64,000 nt of DNA. Source: Octopus vulgaris (taxonomy: Eukaryota). The stretch is from the NCBI GenBank assembly GCA_951406725.2, contig OX597815.1:214830001-214894000 (forward strand), in the 5' to 3' direction. A program made the position numbers and the translations under genes. This document shows positions 1 to 12,700 of this stretch, piece after piece. The notes under the pieces were generated by a model, which made no database searches, was not told where the DNA came from, and worked only from the letters and a program-made list of their open reading frames with translations. The stretch's first letter is position 1. Each line of letters opens with the position of its first letter.

Positions 1-1582
1 AAGTGTTGATACCTATTATCTTGTTTTTAGCATTGAGCTCTGTTTTCAGTATTGATCTAACTCATCTATAATATTCTTTTTTTATTTTCTCTTTCATTTG
101 TGTGTGTTGTGTCTTATCTAGTTCATGGATTCCTAAATATTTGTAAGTTTGGTTTGGTCTATTCTTTTATTTCATTGGTTTTATCTAGTGTGGTGTTGCT
201 ACTCTTAATTAGTTTTCCTCTTTTCAGGGTTACTTTGGCGCATTTTTCTAATCCAAATTTCATATCTATTTCTTTGGTAAATCCATGAACTGTCTTTAGT
301 AGTGTTTCCAGCTGTTTGTCATTTGTGGCGTATAGTTTTAGGTCATCCATATATAAAAGGTGGCTGATCTTTTTGCCGTAACATTTATATCCGCATCCAG
401 TTCTGTTTAGCATATCAGATAGGGGTGACAGTGCCAAGCAGAAAAGGAGTGGAGAGAGCGTATCTCCCTGGAATATTCCTCTTCTAATGGGGATGGCTTT
501 GGTTTTCATGAGTCCCTCTTTTGTTTGGAGCTGTAGCACTGTTTGCCATTTATTCATAGAGTGTCCTATGTACTTTATAATTGTTGGTGCTACTTTGTTC
601 ATGGCCAGTGTTTCGAGAATCCATATGTGGGGGATGCTATCAAACGCCTTTTTGTAATCGATCCAGGCCATACTGAGGCCTTTCTTCTTTCTGTGGCTGT
701 CTTCAGTTATGGCTTTATTGATCATTAGTTGATCTTTACAGCAATATGAGCCTTTGCGGCATCCTTTCTGCTCTTCTGGAAGCAGGTTGTTTTTGTCCAG
801 GTGCTTGTTCAATCTTTGCGCTATTATTGCAGTAAATGCTTTGTACATTGTAGGGAGACAGGTTATAGGTCTGTAGCTTTCTGGTTTTTCTGTCTCATTT
901 GATTTGGGAATTAAGATGGTTTTCCCCTTCGTGAGCCATTCTGGCATTGTCTCTGGCTCTGCCAGTATGTTGTTAAAATTTTCAGCCAGCTTTTTGTGCA
1001 TTCCTGTTAGATATTTCAACCAGAAGTTGGGGATCTTGTCATGCCCAGGTGCCTTCCAGTTGCTTAGTCTTTACAGTGCCTGGGTGACCTCTTCAGTTGT
1101 TATGGGGGTCCAAAGTTGCTCAGATGCTGAGTTTGTTGTTTTAATACTCTTTTTTTGGTTGTTCGTTCGCCGACCATATTTCTCTCCAGAATTCTTCCAC
1201 TTCTTCTGCCGTTGGTGCTGCAGTGATTTCTATTTTATTTTTGCCAAGTTCTTGGTAGAACTTTTTTGGGGTTGGAGTTGAACTTTTTGTTTTGTTCAAA
1301 GAAGCGCTGGCGTTTCTTGTACCGGCGGATCCTTTGTGCTTTGGCAAGAATATCTTGCTTTAGTTTTTCTTTTATCTCCGGTAAATCTTTTTCTGTGATG
1401 TTGTATTTGCGGAGTATTTTTGTTTTCTTTTTGTTGTTCAGTAGTGTTGATTGTCTACTGATTTCATTAAGAATCGACAGATCTTTTCTCATTTTTTGTA
1501 TTTTGTTTTGGATGTTATTTATCCACAGGGTTTGTTTGGGTGGTGGTACTTCTGTTTGGATGGGTTTGAGTGAGTGTCCAGC
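1..1582 (-). mobile_element. R4/Dong-clade non-LTR retrotransposon, 5'-truncated and disrupted; runs off the left edge of the window
   Basis: ORFs 1235-1492, 1141-1347 and 159-1019 join across frameshifts into an RT (YRPITCL, EQKGC, WIDYKKAFDS, GIFQGDTLSP, YMDD). It is homologous to the element at 59582-62538 and its 5' end abuts a (TAA)n tract. Confidence 0.9.
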
Positions 1583-1648
<66 letters not shown>

Positions 1649-1700
1649 TATTATTATTATTGTTATTATCATTATTATTATTATTATTATTATCATTATA
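1583..1700. repeat. (TTA/TAA)n microsatellite, Dong target
   Basis: Direct reading of the sequence. Confidence 0.95.
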
Positions 1701-1701
1701 T

Positions 1702-2385
1702 CAGGTACAAGTATGTATGACGTTATAGTGAGAAATTCACTTCACAATCATATGGTTTAGGATACAGCTCCACTTGAGTAAGTGTCTTCTACCAAAGACC
1801 TGGACCAATCAAAACCTTGTTAGGAAATCTGGTGGATGAAAAGTGAAAGAAGCCTGTCATGAATATATGTATATGTATGTATATATATGTATGTGTATAC
1901 ATGAATTTGTGTGTGTGTGTGTGTGTGAATGTATGTGTTTGTATTTCTTTGTCCTAATATCTCATGCTGATTGTAAGTAAAGTCACTGCTCATACAAAAA
2001 CAATGCCATTGATCGGTTTGTGTTCAGAGGTCTAAGGGGAAATATTACTATGCTTAACCCTTTTGTTACTGTATTTATTTTGAGATACTCTGTGTTTCTT
2101 TCAATTACTTTAAATATAACAAAGAATTTAGTAAAATAACTTAGTTTTCATTCAGCTAGTGTTAGGAACATAAGTTGTGACTAAGGTTTGGTGGAAGATT
2201 TTAATTCAAAACTTATGAAAACAAAATATTTGTACTCAGAGCCAGTGCTGGTTTCAGCCAGGTTGGTAACAAAAGGGTTAAAATAGATGAGGGTTGATAA
2301 CAGGAAGAGCATCTTGCCATAGAAAATCTCCCTCAACAAATTTCATCTAACCCATGCATACTTAGAAAAGTGGATGTTAAAAGGA
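1702..2385 (+). mobile_element. Degenerate SINE with family-A head and family-E-type tail, interrupted by a TTAA MITE
   Basis: Head matches 7808-7970; tail (..cccatgcatacttagaaaagtggatgttaaa) matches 38420-38500. Confidence 0.65.
2058..2277. mobile_element. TTAA-specific MITE (piggyBac/Kolobok-type target site)
   Basis: Perfect 12-bp TIRs CCCTTTTGTTAC/GTAACAAAAGGG with TTAA at 2054-2057 and 2278-2281. An empty-site paralog lies at 10603-10685. Confidence 0.9.
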
Positions 2386-2605
2386 GAAGGATCACTGTTG
2401 TGTATATTTCTGCCGTTTTTGTTTCGACTATGTTGCAATGTGTGTCATTATTCAAATGGCTATTTCACAATAATATATGAACAGCTTAAAAATTTCTGAC
2501 ATATCTTTTCTCTACTTCAAATAAGATCATATTATCACAACGGAAATGGCTTTTATCATAGGTCTGCTTGATTAGGGTTGACAAAGAGTGGGAAGTAAAT
2601 AGCAA

Positions 2606-2840
2606 CAAAGGTGACGAGCTGGCAGAAACGTTAGCACGCCGGGCAAAATGCTTAGCGGTATCTCGTCTGCTGTTATGTTCTGAGTTTAAATTCCGCCGAG
2701 GTCAACTTTGCCTTTCATCCTTTCGGGGGTCAATAAATCAAGTACCAGTTATGCACTGGAGTCGATGTAATCGACTTAGTCCCTTTGTCAGTCCTTGTTT
2801 GTCCCCTGTATGTTTAGCCCCTTGTGGGCAATAAAGAAAT
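2606..2840 (+). mobile_element. tRNA-headed SINE family B (Deu/Nin-domain-like)
   Basis: A/B-box-like head, GCCTTTCATCCTTTCGGGGGTCAATAAA core, and TSD AAGTAAATAGCAA at 2593-2605 and 2841-2853. Other copies lie at about 7483-7680(+), 12235-12435(-), 18030-18245(-), 25495-25680(-), 26891-27145(-), 27915-28035(-), 52143-52365(-) and 53786-54000(+). Confidence 0.85.
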
Positions 2841-3729
2841 AAGTAAATAGCAATAACAAAGTACCTGCAAAACATTTGACTTATGATCCATAAGAAAATA
2901 ATCTTTTACATTATTCAACTCACCTCTTCCTGTCTGGAGTACTGATGCAGAATTTGTTGACTGAATTTAATTTGAGTAGGATATTTCACCTCATACCTTT
3001 TCTATGTGGCACACTTCTAAGATGTTAAGAAATATTGATTTCTAATGTAGGTACAAGAGTTCAAATCATTAGAAAGTATGTTGACTATGAATTCTGGGCT
3101 TCAAAAAGGACAGAAGTAAACTTAAGCAGGATTTGAACTTAGAAGATAAAGTGACGTAACTAAATACTACAAGGCATTTGTTTGGTACTTTATCGGTATG
3201 TTCTACATTGTATTAGAATGTGTGATGTGTTGGTGTTTATGTTTTGTTTCCTTGGTATTAAAGGGTTAATGAATATATTCTTTATCTTGAGAAAGAATGC
3301 CAGCCTGTCAAAGGTTCTAAGAACTTTAACTCAGCACTGAAAGCTAGCAAAACAGTCAACTGTAAACCACTATAGTCTTCTGATAGCAAACACTTGTACA
3401 TTCCAAAGTAATCATAAACAGTTAGATGGTCTCATTTATTGAGAGCACCTTTAAAGAGTGTAACTAGGATCAGTCAACAAGTTTGGTGGTATTTATTGTC
3501 TCTCAGATATTGTCACAAAAGATGTTGAGCTTAGAGCACTAATCTAATGGAACACAAGTTTTACAGTATCTGTTACTATTTACAGCGGTTATTCCTTTAG
3601 CACTAAATGGACTGGATCCATTTGTGGCTCAGTTATTGTGATCTATGACAAAGCAACATGGGACATTAGTGCAGGATATGGACCACAGATTTTTTAGTTT
3701 ATAGTCTGATACTTTGTCAATCTGCCCTT

Positions 3730-4031
3730 GTGGAGGCACATGGCCTAATGGTTAGAGCAATGGACTTGTGGTCGAGAGATCGTGGGTTCGAATCTCAGAC
3801 TGGGCAATGTGTGTGTTTATGAGTGAAACACCTAAGCTCCATGCGGCTCCGGCAGAAGGTAATGGCGAACTTCTGCTGACTCTTTCGCCACAACTTTCTC
3901 TCACTCTTTCCTCTGGCATCTAGCAGCTCACCTGCGACATACCGGCGTCCCGTTCAGGTGGGGAACCTATACGCCAAGGAAACCGGGAAACTGGTCCTCG
4001 TGAGCTTGGTGTGGCTCGAGAAGGAACAAAC
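3730..4031 (+). mobile_element. tRNA-headed SINE family D
   Basis: A box TGGCCTAATGG, B box GGTTCGAATCT, and TSD CAATCTGCCCTT at 3718-3729 and 4032-4043. Confidence 0.9.
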
Positions 4032-4547
4032 CAATCTGCCCTTCTTTGGCTTTGTCAGCTTATAAGCTAGTTACCAAATAACTTGGTTTACTGTAGCTCC
4101 TAATTAGATAAAGGTAAGAAAAGTAAAAATGACAAGAAGATAAGGCAGTGCTTCTCTCATATGCAGATGATTTTCACACAGGGTAAAAAGAAATAACAGT
4201 AATAATAACAATAACAATGATACGTGTTTGGTAATCATTATCTATAAGTAAAAATAACCACAGCAAATTGGTTCTCATAAAGATTGAAATTTCACAAACA
4301 TACATGTGGAAAAATTCTACATTTTAAAATTTGTTTCTTGTAAATACTTGTTTGCACGACATTATGGGTTTATCCTATTTTACAGATTCAGAAAACTTTT
4401 CATGAATGCACGATATAGTGCATTACATTAATCATTTAAAATCATTAAGATTTGCTGCATAAAATAATTTGGTATGCCTAGAGCGTTGAGAACATTATAT
4501 GATACTATCACATTTCCAACAAAAACTGTGTGTGCATGCATTAGCCC

Positions 4548-4832
4548 ATAACCTCCTACCTCATAGCTATCCATCGCATGCGCTGGTACAGACATGTCCT
4601 CCAGCTCCCATTAGTTCATCCTGTTAAGACCCCACACCAGATGGCTGGACCGGATTGGGGAAGATCTCCAGAGACACAATGTCACCTGGAAGGATGCAGA
4701 GGGGCTGGCACAAGACTGCCAGCAATGGAGAGCACTGGTGAACCTGTTTAGCTCTATGCATGATGACCTCTCTGGGACCGTTAATCTGAGATGACCCCAG
4801 TCCCGTCTTATATATAGCAGCAACAGCAGCAG
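4548..4832 (+). mobile_element. RTE-clade LINE 3' fragment
   Basis: Translates to HRMRWYRHVLQLP..RPHTRWLDRIGEDL..AQDCQQWRALV, resembling the RTE C-terminus, followed by a (CAG)n tail. Confidence 0.75.
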
Positions 4833-5154
4833 CCTTGAAGCTTAAGGTGTTGTGCGAGGTAGTTCTTGTGAATAAATTAGTTGACTTAGAGTCTCTAATC
4901 AAGCATGTTAACCAATCAGTGACTGTGCTATGTATAAACTAATACTTGTTGTTTATACATAGACATAAAAGTGATGATGGTATCATTAGTTTTTATTACA
5001 ATAGAGCAGCATTGGTAAAAAATAAATTAATTAAATTTTAAAAGGAGGTTATGATGGTACTATGAAATTTACACAATACAAACATTTATCATACTTCGTT
5101 TTTGTATCTAGTTTACAAGATTCTTTATGTGAACTTGTATGTTGAAGCAAATCT

Positions 5155-5411
5155 TGTTGTGTCTGGGAAGAGTCATATTGTCTTAGTACCTTATTATCTA
5201 ACACACTCACTGGTTCAATTTCCACTCATTTATTTTTTCCTTTCAAAATTTTTGTTGCTTTTGCAACTTTGTCAACATCCATTGACAAGGTTGCAAAAGC
5301 AGCAAAAATTTTGGAAGAAAAATATATAAATAATAAATGAGTGGAAATTGAACCAGTGAGTGTGTTAAATAATAAGGTACTAAGACAATATGACTCTCCC
5401 CAGACACAACA
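5155..5411. repeat. Foldback palindrome, about 120-bp arms, 6-nt loop
   Basis: 5155-5275 is the reverse complement of 5282-5411 with few mismatches and indels. Confidence 0.95.
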
Positions 5412-5422
5412 CTTATGACATT

Positions 5423-5535
5423 CATCATCATCATCGTTTAACATCTGTTTTCCATGCTAGCATGGGTTGGACAGTTCGACCAGGGTCTAACCTATGCTAG
5501 CATGGAAAAACGGACGTTAAACGATGATGATGATG
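5423..5535. repeat. Small foldback of two inverted family-E SINE tails
   Basis: catcatcgtttaac..ccatgctagcatgggtt pairs with aacctatgctagcatgg..gttaaacgatgatg. Confidence 0.85.
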
Positions 5536-5811
5536 GTGGTGATGATGATATTGTCTTATAAATACTCATTTTCTATTCATTATTTCATCTGCCCATAATA
5601 TTACTGCTTTTATTAATTTAAGTTAACTTTTGTAACAAGTAGAAAAGGTACCATTCCATACCTTTTTGTCCAACCTATTACCTCTGTCTTTTGGCTAATA
5701 TGCTTTGTCCTACATCAACTGTATTTGTTGGCATAAAAAACATACAGGCATATTGAAGCGCCACAATTTCAATAGCACATATTTAAAAAGTCTTTTGTAA
5801 TGCATTAATGT

Positions 5812-6291
5812 CATCATCATCGTTTAATGTCTGTTTTCCATGCTAGCATGGGTTGGACGGTTCAACCAGGGTCTGGGAAGCCAGGAGGCTGCGCCAGGCT
5901 CCAGTCTGATCTGGCAGTGTTTCTACAGCTGGATGCCCTTCCTAACGCCAACCGCTCCTTGAGTGTAGTGGGTGCTTTTTATGTGCCACCGGCACAGGGG
6001 CCAGAGGAGGCTGGCAAACGGCCATGATCAGTTGGTGCTTTTTATGTGTCACTGACACGGACACCAGTCAGGCAGCGCTGGCATCAGCCACGTTTGGATG
6101 GTGCTTTTTACGAGCCAGCGGCACAGGTATCACGACTACAATTTCCATTTGATTTTGATTTTGATATTGATGTTGACATACTTGACTCAAGTATGTCAAC
6201 ATCATCATCAAAATAAAAATCAAATGGAAATTGTAGTCGTGATACCTGTGCCGCTGGCTCGTAAAAAGCACCATGCAAACGTGGTTGGTGC
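5812..6291 (-). mobile_element. SINE family E ((GAT)n tail, internal 60-bp units) with a palindromic 5' inversion at 6081-6291
   Basis: Conserved GGTTGGCGTTAGGAAGGGCATCCAGCTGTAGAAA box and tail. Near-perfect palindrome centred on 6186. Other copies lie at about 13750-14135(-), 14593-14955(+), 15335-15550(-), 18390-18600(+), 33506-33723(+), 39380-39600(-), 41290-41790(+), 48952-49143(-) and 56253-56637(+). Confidence 0.85.
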
Positions 6292-6940
6292 TTTTTACGT
6301 TCGGATATGTAATATTTAAAGCACCCTTGCATATAAGACCGAAGATAATTTCCTTTTGGAAAAAAAAAAAAAAGAACGTGTTTTATATATCATCATATAC
6401 AGCAATGGTTCTCAACCGGGGCCTATATGACCCTTGGGAGTTCATATAGGATTTTGTTGTTAAAGTTTGCGTGTAATAAATGGATTATATTTCTGCAATT
6501 CACAAAATATTTTAACAATTTTTTTATACAACTCCTAATATTTTATTATATGAATCACTGCTATCTCTAACAGTCAAGTGTCCATCATTGACAAGATCAA
6601 GGGAGTCCAAAATGATATGTGATGGATTTATCTCCCCACTAGCAATATAAACAAGTGTGCTTTTTGCTCCCTAAGCTATTGTGAGAGTTTCTTTCATAGT
6701 AACTACTGCAGTATAGCTTGTTCCAACAGAACATCCACATTTAGGTGGGGATATTACTTCTCAGGATTTAACAAGTATTTAACTCTGTAGTTAACAAGAT
6801 AGTGAATATGTGTCGGGGTGTACCTTCAAATTACAGAGAGGTGTATATAAGTGAAGTGACGGATGGGATGAGTGGGTGGGTGGGTAAGTTCATGTAAAAG
6901 AAGAGTATGAGGTAGAGGGGAAGTGACTTCAATGGACTTT

Positions 6941-7201
6941 AAAATAAATAAATGCGCCCTTTTAAAGCCTAGCCAGGCTCATGGGCCAGGTTGTCTTGGT
7001 TTCCATGGCGTATGTGTTCCCTAGCTGGATGGAACGCCAGTCCATTGCAGCATTGCTCATTTTTGCCAGCTGAGTGGACTGGAGCAATGTGAAATGAAGT
7101 GTTTTGCTCAAGAACATAACGCGTCGCCCGGTCCAGGAATCGAAACCACAATCTTACAATCATGATGCTGACACCCTAACAACTAAGCCACGTGCCTCCA
7201 C
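6941..7201 (-). mobile_element. tRNA-headed SINE family C (Meta/V-domain-like)
   Basis: tRNA-like head, GATGGACTGGCGTCCCGTCCAG-type core, and TSD TCAATGGACTTT at 6929-6940 and 7202-7213. Confidence 0.9.
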
Positions 7202-7739
7202 TCAATGGACTTTTCTGTCAAAATATTTATGTAATTAAGAAAGGCATGAATGTCAAACAACTTCATTTCTCCTCTCTTGTAAGTCTAAGAAGCTTAATGC
7301 CTACAGAAGAAATAAAACTTAACCTGTTAAGTAAATTACATAAGGTTCTTCACATTATCTGAACATTATTTTATTAATTCCCTCTCTCTCTCTCTGTCTC
7401 TCTCTCTATCTCTCCCTCCCTCTCTCCTCACCCTGTGTGTGTGTGTGTGTGTATGCATGTTTATTCTTTTCATCTATTTCTAAGGCAGTGAGCTGGCTGA
7501 ATCGTTAGCACACCAGTCAAATTGCTTAGCAGTATTTCACCCATCTTTATGATCTAGGTTCAAATTCTGCTGAGGTCGACTTTGCCTTTCACCTTTTCGG
7601 GGTCAATAAATTAAATATCAGTTGGACACTGGTGGGGGAAGGTGTCAATGTAATCAACTAACCTTTCCCACCAAAAATTCATATCAAATAGAAAGGATTA
7701 TTATCTCTTTCTTTCTTTTCTCTCAACTCTCTCACTAAT

Positions 7740-7803
<64 letters not shown>

Positions 7804-7807
7804 CATA

Positions 7808-8193
7808 GGCGTAGGAGTGGCTGTGTGGTAAGTAGCTTACTTAAAAACCACATGGTTCCAGGTTCAGTCCCACTGCATGGCACCTTGGGCAAGTGCCTTC
7901 TACTATAGCCTCGGGCCGACCAAAGTGGATTTGTGAGTGAATTTGGTAGATAGAAACTGGAAGAAACTAGTCATATATATATATGTATGTATATATGTTT
8001 GTCCCCCCAACATCGCTTGACAACCGATGCTGGTGTGGTTATGTCCCTGTAACTTAGTGGTTCGGCAAAAGAGACCGGTAGAATAAGTACTAGGCTTACA
8101 AAGAATAAGTCCTGGGGTCGATCTGCTCGACTAAAGGCGGTGCTCCAGCATGGCCACAGTCAAATGACTGAAACAAGTAAAAGAATAAAAGAG
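7808..8193 (+). mobile_element. tRNA-headed SINE family A (CR1-like tail)
   Basis: Head TGGCTGTGTGG..GGTTCAGTCCC, CCTTGGGCAAG box, internal (TA/TG)n, and tail GGCGGTGCTCCAGCATGGCCACAG..CTGAAAC. Other copies lie at about 16548-16975(+), 19559-19961(+), 20729-21095(-), 30198-30588(-), 30820-31217(+), 35283-35672(-), 44549-44907(-), 45206-45573(+) and 58329-58725(-). Confidence 0.9.
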
Positions 8194-8454
8194 TATATAC
8201 ACATTCTCTCTTTCTGTACACGTGCTTGCACAAATTCTTTCTTTTTCTCTCTCTCTCTCTCCATTTATACATATACAAACTTATATACAAACATATATAC
8301 ATATACAAACTTACATACATATATATAGACATATACAAACTTATATATATATATATATATATATGTATACAAACACACATGTATAAATGATACATAACAT
8401 ACAAATACACACATACTGATTATAGTAATGAAGAGCATATAAAAGAAATTACTA

Positions 8455-8483
8455 ACTACTACTGTTGCAGCTATACACTAAGA

Positions 8484-8523
<40 letters not shown>

Positions 8524-9065
8524 TCACTGCTAATACTAATAGTATATCATAATCATCTGTAGAGGGAGAATTGTTACTATGCACCCACTGTACATGGTGT
8601 ATGTCTGGTGACAGACACGACTGGGCAAGCTGAGTAGATCTGTCTATATATCCCATTCAGGCAGGGCAAAGAGAACAGCTGCCGAATGAAACGATGATGA
8701 AATATCTGTAGTTTATATATTATTTGGCCTGTCATCAAAAATGCTAGGATTTTCATTACCATATGGGGTTGGAATATTTGTCTGGATGGAGTGTCTGGAT
8801 AATTTTGGCTGTGGGTTGAAGGAGCAGCCACTAACTATGGTAGCGGTAGTAGTAGTGGTGGTGGTGGCGGCGGCGGCAACAATGGTGGTGGTGGTGGTGG
8901 TGGTGATGGTGGTAATGTTGCCAGTAGGATGTGGAAAATGATTGTAGGTTGTGGAAGTGGAAACCTGTGGTGGCAGGTTACATTGGGTGGTGGAATGGCA
9001 GTGAGTTGTGAAAGTCAGGTGGTGGTGGTGGTGGTGGTGGTGGTGGTGGTGGTGATAATGGTAGT
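8455..9065. repeat. (CTA)n and (GGT)n low-complexity tracts
   Basis: Direct reading of the sequence. Confidence 0.9.
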
Positions 9066-9177
9066 AGGTTGAGGAAGAGGCTGATAAATTATGCAAGTTG
9101 ATGGGGGTAATTTTGGTGGTGGGTTGAGGAAGATGGCAGTGGTTATGATAGCGTTAATATTACTGATTAGAATAAAT

Positions 9178-9840
9178 TGGTGAGCTGGAAGAATCGTTAG
9201 CACATCAGGCAAAATGCTTAGCAGCATTTCGTCCATCTTTATATTCTGAGTTCAAATTCCGCTGAGGATGACTTTACCTGTCATTCTTTCAGGATTGATG
9301 AAATAAGTACTAGTGAAGTGCTGTAATCGATGTTCCCTTGAAATTGCTGGCTTCATGCCAAAATTTGAAACTAATTATTGATTAAAAGAAAACAGCAAGC
9401 TGGCAGAATTGTTAGCACAACAGGTGAAATGCTTAGTGGTATTTCATCCATCTTTATGTTCTGAGTTCAAATTCTGATGAAGCCAACCTTGCCTTTCATT
9501 CTTTCAGGGTCGATCAAATAAAGACCAGTTGAGCACTGAGGTCAATATAATTGACTTTCCCTTATCATGAAATTACTGGCCTTGTGCCAAAATTTAAAAC
9601 AAATATTACTAATTAAAAGAAAGCAGCAAGCTGTCAGAATTGTTAGCACAACAGGTAAATGCCTTGTGGTATTTCGTCCGTCTTTACATTCTGGGTTCAA
9701 ACTCCACCGAGGATGGTTTTTTTGCCTTTCATTCTTTCAGGATCAATAAAACAAGTACCAATTGAGTTCTGATATCAATGTAATTGATTTGCTTTTCCCT
9801 TGAAATTGCTGGCCTTGTGCCAAAATTTGAAACCAATATT
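9178..9840 (+). repeat. Head-to-tail triplication of a family-B SINE (about 215-230 bp unit)
   Basis: Units start at about 9180, 9396 and 9626, separated by the same ATTAAAAGAAA linker. Confidence 0.85.
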
Positions 9841-9956
9841 GCAAATTAGAATAATATTAATTTCTGATTTAGCTATAGGGCTTCCAATTTCTAAGGATGG
9901 TTATCAGCATTATTAAATTGACCCTAGTTATTGTCAGGTGAAATAAGATATGATCT

Positions 9957-10273
9957 TTCTTTTTTCTCTTTCGTCACCCTTTTCAAGCCTAGCCAGGCTC
10001 ATGGGCCCGGTTTCCCGGTTTCTGTGGCATATGTGTTACCCCCAGCTGGACGGAATGCCAGTCCATCGCAGCGTTACTCAAGAAACAGGAAGAGAAAGTG
10101 AAAGTTGTGGCAAAAGAGTACAACAGGGGTCACCACCAAACCCTGCTGGAGCCTCATGGAGCTTTCAGGTGTTTTCGCTCAATAAACACACACAACGCCT
10201 GGTCTGGGAATCGAAATCACGATCCTCCGACCTCGAGTCCGCTGCCCTAACTGCTGGGCCATTCCGCCTCCAC
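9957..10273 (-). mobile_element. SINE with a D-like head/body and a family-C 3' end
   Basis: tRNA-like head, tail matching family C, and TSD AAGAYATGATCT at 9945-9956 and 10274-10285. Confidence 0.8.
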
Positions 10274-10824
10274 AAGACATGATCTACTACAGGTAATCAG
10301 GAAAACCAGTTCTACCTGTTTCACAGTTAACAACTAGACTAAATAACCACAACAATCCTCTTGGTCAATGGTTCTCAACTCTCTTTTGCCTGTGTACCCC
10401 TTTGGTTCCTATTTTACTCCAGTAGACCCTCACAGCAATTTAGCTCTTTAGCATTCACATTACTCTGTCAAATGTAACGTTTATTCATTAACATTGTTTT
10501 GGATTAATCATGCCTTATCTCATAGTCTTGAGATTTTGATGATGTGATTGTTTATTTTTAGAATGACATTGTAGGGTAGATGTGAGAGGCTGTATCTGGC
10601 CAGTTGAGGGAGATTTTCTATGGCAAGATGCTCTTCCTGCTATCAACCCTCATCTATTTTAAGCATAGTAATATTTCCCCTTAGAGTTGTAAATGAGTGT
10701 CATTATCATACAAGTAGTGCTGTTTGTCCTCTCAACGATTAGCCAGAGATGATTTTTAAAATGAGAGTATCTGAAATAAATTTGACTGACTCTCACAAAT
10801 GAGAATACTAAAAATGAACCTCAC

Positions 10825-11040
10825 CACTCTCAAAAATTAAAACGGGAGAAATAATCCCAAATCCTTGTCCAGTACCAGATTGATCCCAAAATCTAATCAG
10901 TTCATGCCAGTCATGAGGTCAAATATCCCTCAAAGTTTCATCTAAATCCATCCAGTGGTTCTTGAGATATCTTGTTCACAGACAAACAAACACAACTGAA
11001 AACAATACCTCCACCTTAGCAAAGGCGGAGATAGTAATAA
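10825..11040 (-). mobile_element. Helentron-associated MITE (HINE/DINE-1/pearl-like) fragment
   Basis: Terminal hairpin ACCTCCACCTT-AGCA-AAGGCGGAGAT, GTTTGTTTGTCTGT microsatellite and GGATGGATTTAGATGAAACTTTG core, inserted in a T-rich site. Confidence 0.6.
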
Positions 11041-12439
11041 TAATAAGAAGAATACCCAGTAACCAGAAAATAGAAAAGATCTAAATATTCTTATGTAAGT
11101 AATCTGTTGTTCATCGAAGTAAAGTGAAGGGAAAGGGGGGGGGGATAATGGAGATTGATTTCCCATTTTTTGTTTTTTTTGTCTTTTTCATGTTTAGGAG
11201 ATGATGTTTGTTGTATTGAGAAATTTTTGTGCAGTAAATGCAGCATATAGCTGCAGTGATAGTTTCATAAATTAGTAATGCAATATGCATAGGAAAGAAA
11301 AAGAAAATAAGATGATGCGGGAGGGAAGCTGAAACTATTGGTCATTGCTGTGGAACAAATGAACTCCATTTCAATTAACTTCAGCACAACAAGTAATTAC
11401 ATCATATTTGTGTGTGTGTGTAATATAATTTCATGTATGTGCGTATATTTGTATATATGTGTGTGTTTATGTACATGTGTAACTTACACATGAAATGCAG
11501 CAGGATTTGGAAAGATAGTGATGATGTTTACACTACATATATCTATGCTATAAACTACATCAGCTTGTATGCCAAAAAATACTCTATGTGTGTGTGCGTA
11601 TGTGTGTGTGTGTGTGTATACATGTTTGTTCATTTGCAATTTCATATGTGTTTGTGTGCATATGTAACTTCATATGCAACTGAATGGGTAAGAAGTGTTC
11701 TTTGCAATCACAGGATCCTAGTTTCAACCTCACTACATGTTACCTTGGACAGGTCTCTTTTATCTATAATCTTGGGCAGACTGCCATGCCTTCTGAATGG
11801 AATTGGGCAATGGAAACTGACTTGCTGAACATATTCTACCTGCAATTTAAAGACCTAGCCTCATCACAAATTGTGACTCACTGACTCTGCTGGAGGATTA
11901 CACCAAGGATTTGTGTGTCTTGGACATACTACTTGTACTTGTGATGGCATTCATCAAGGGTGGGCTGGGCCAGCTCTGACCTATGAGTTCACCAGGTCCC
12001 TCATGAATGCTAACCACATCCAGCGAGGGCCAGATTACAAATTTGACAAGTGCCCCACTAGGAGAGCAATCATATCAGATAGTGCAGACGTCATAGCAGT
12101 AGTCATTCACTGTTGAGGTGTAGAATTCATGTTATTGGACATACCTCATGTTAGTTTTATCAGTCGTATTTCCAACACCAAACTCTCAGACTATGTCAGA
12201 ACTGAAGATCCAAGGCAGATAACTAAATTGGTTTCAAATTTTGGCACAAAGCCAGCAATTTTGGAGGAGGAATAAGTTGATTACATCACCCACCATGCTC
12301 AACTACTACCTATTTTATCAGCCGTGGAAAGATGAAAGGCAAATCAACTCTGGAGGAATTTGAATTCAGAACATAAAGATGGACGAAATGCTACTAAGCA
12401 TTTCACTCAGTATGCTAATGATTCTGCCAGCTTGCCAAA

Positions 12440-12700
12440 ATATCACAGATGACCAGAATATCACTAATCACTTCCGTCATCAAAATTAATATACTTAAAC
12501 TGTTTAGCCACTCTGAGCAACTTGTTTGTGATGTCAGCAAGATCCGTTTTGAAGTCATGATCAATGGAAAGAGAAACTGAAGTGAGCAACCTAAGAAACA
12601 GAGATAACATCACAGCATGGATAGGGCTTGAATCAGTTTTCCTGAATGCTCTTGTTAAAGATCAAATACTGTGGATGCAACTATTTCATGTTAGAGTGCA
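12440..12700 (+). mobile_element. Old RTE LINE 3' remnant
   Basis: Degenerate translation KIRFEVMINGKRN*SEQPKKQRDNITAWIGL resembles the RTE C-terminus. Confidence 0.45.

Noticed and set aside
3730-3805. tRNA genes at SINE heads (also about 7130-7200, 23970-24040, 32536-32610, 36410-36485)
   Set aside because: They have A and B boxes but no complete cloverleaf, and each continues into a SINE body, often with TSDs.
8713-9096. His/Thr-rich ORF and similar poly-Y/I/CV ORFs (e.g. 32777-33154, 1266-1760, 62427-62844)
   Set aside because: These are translations of microsatellites or of the antisense strand of retroelements.
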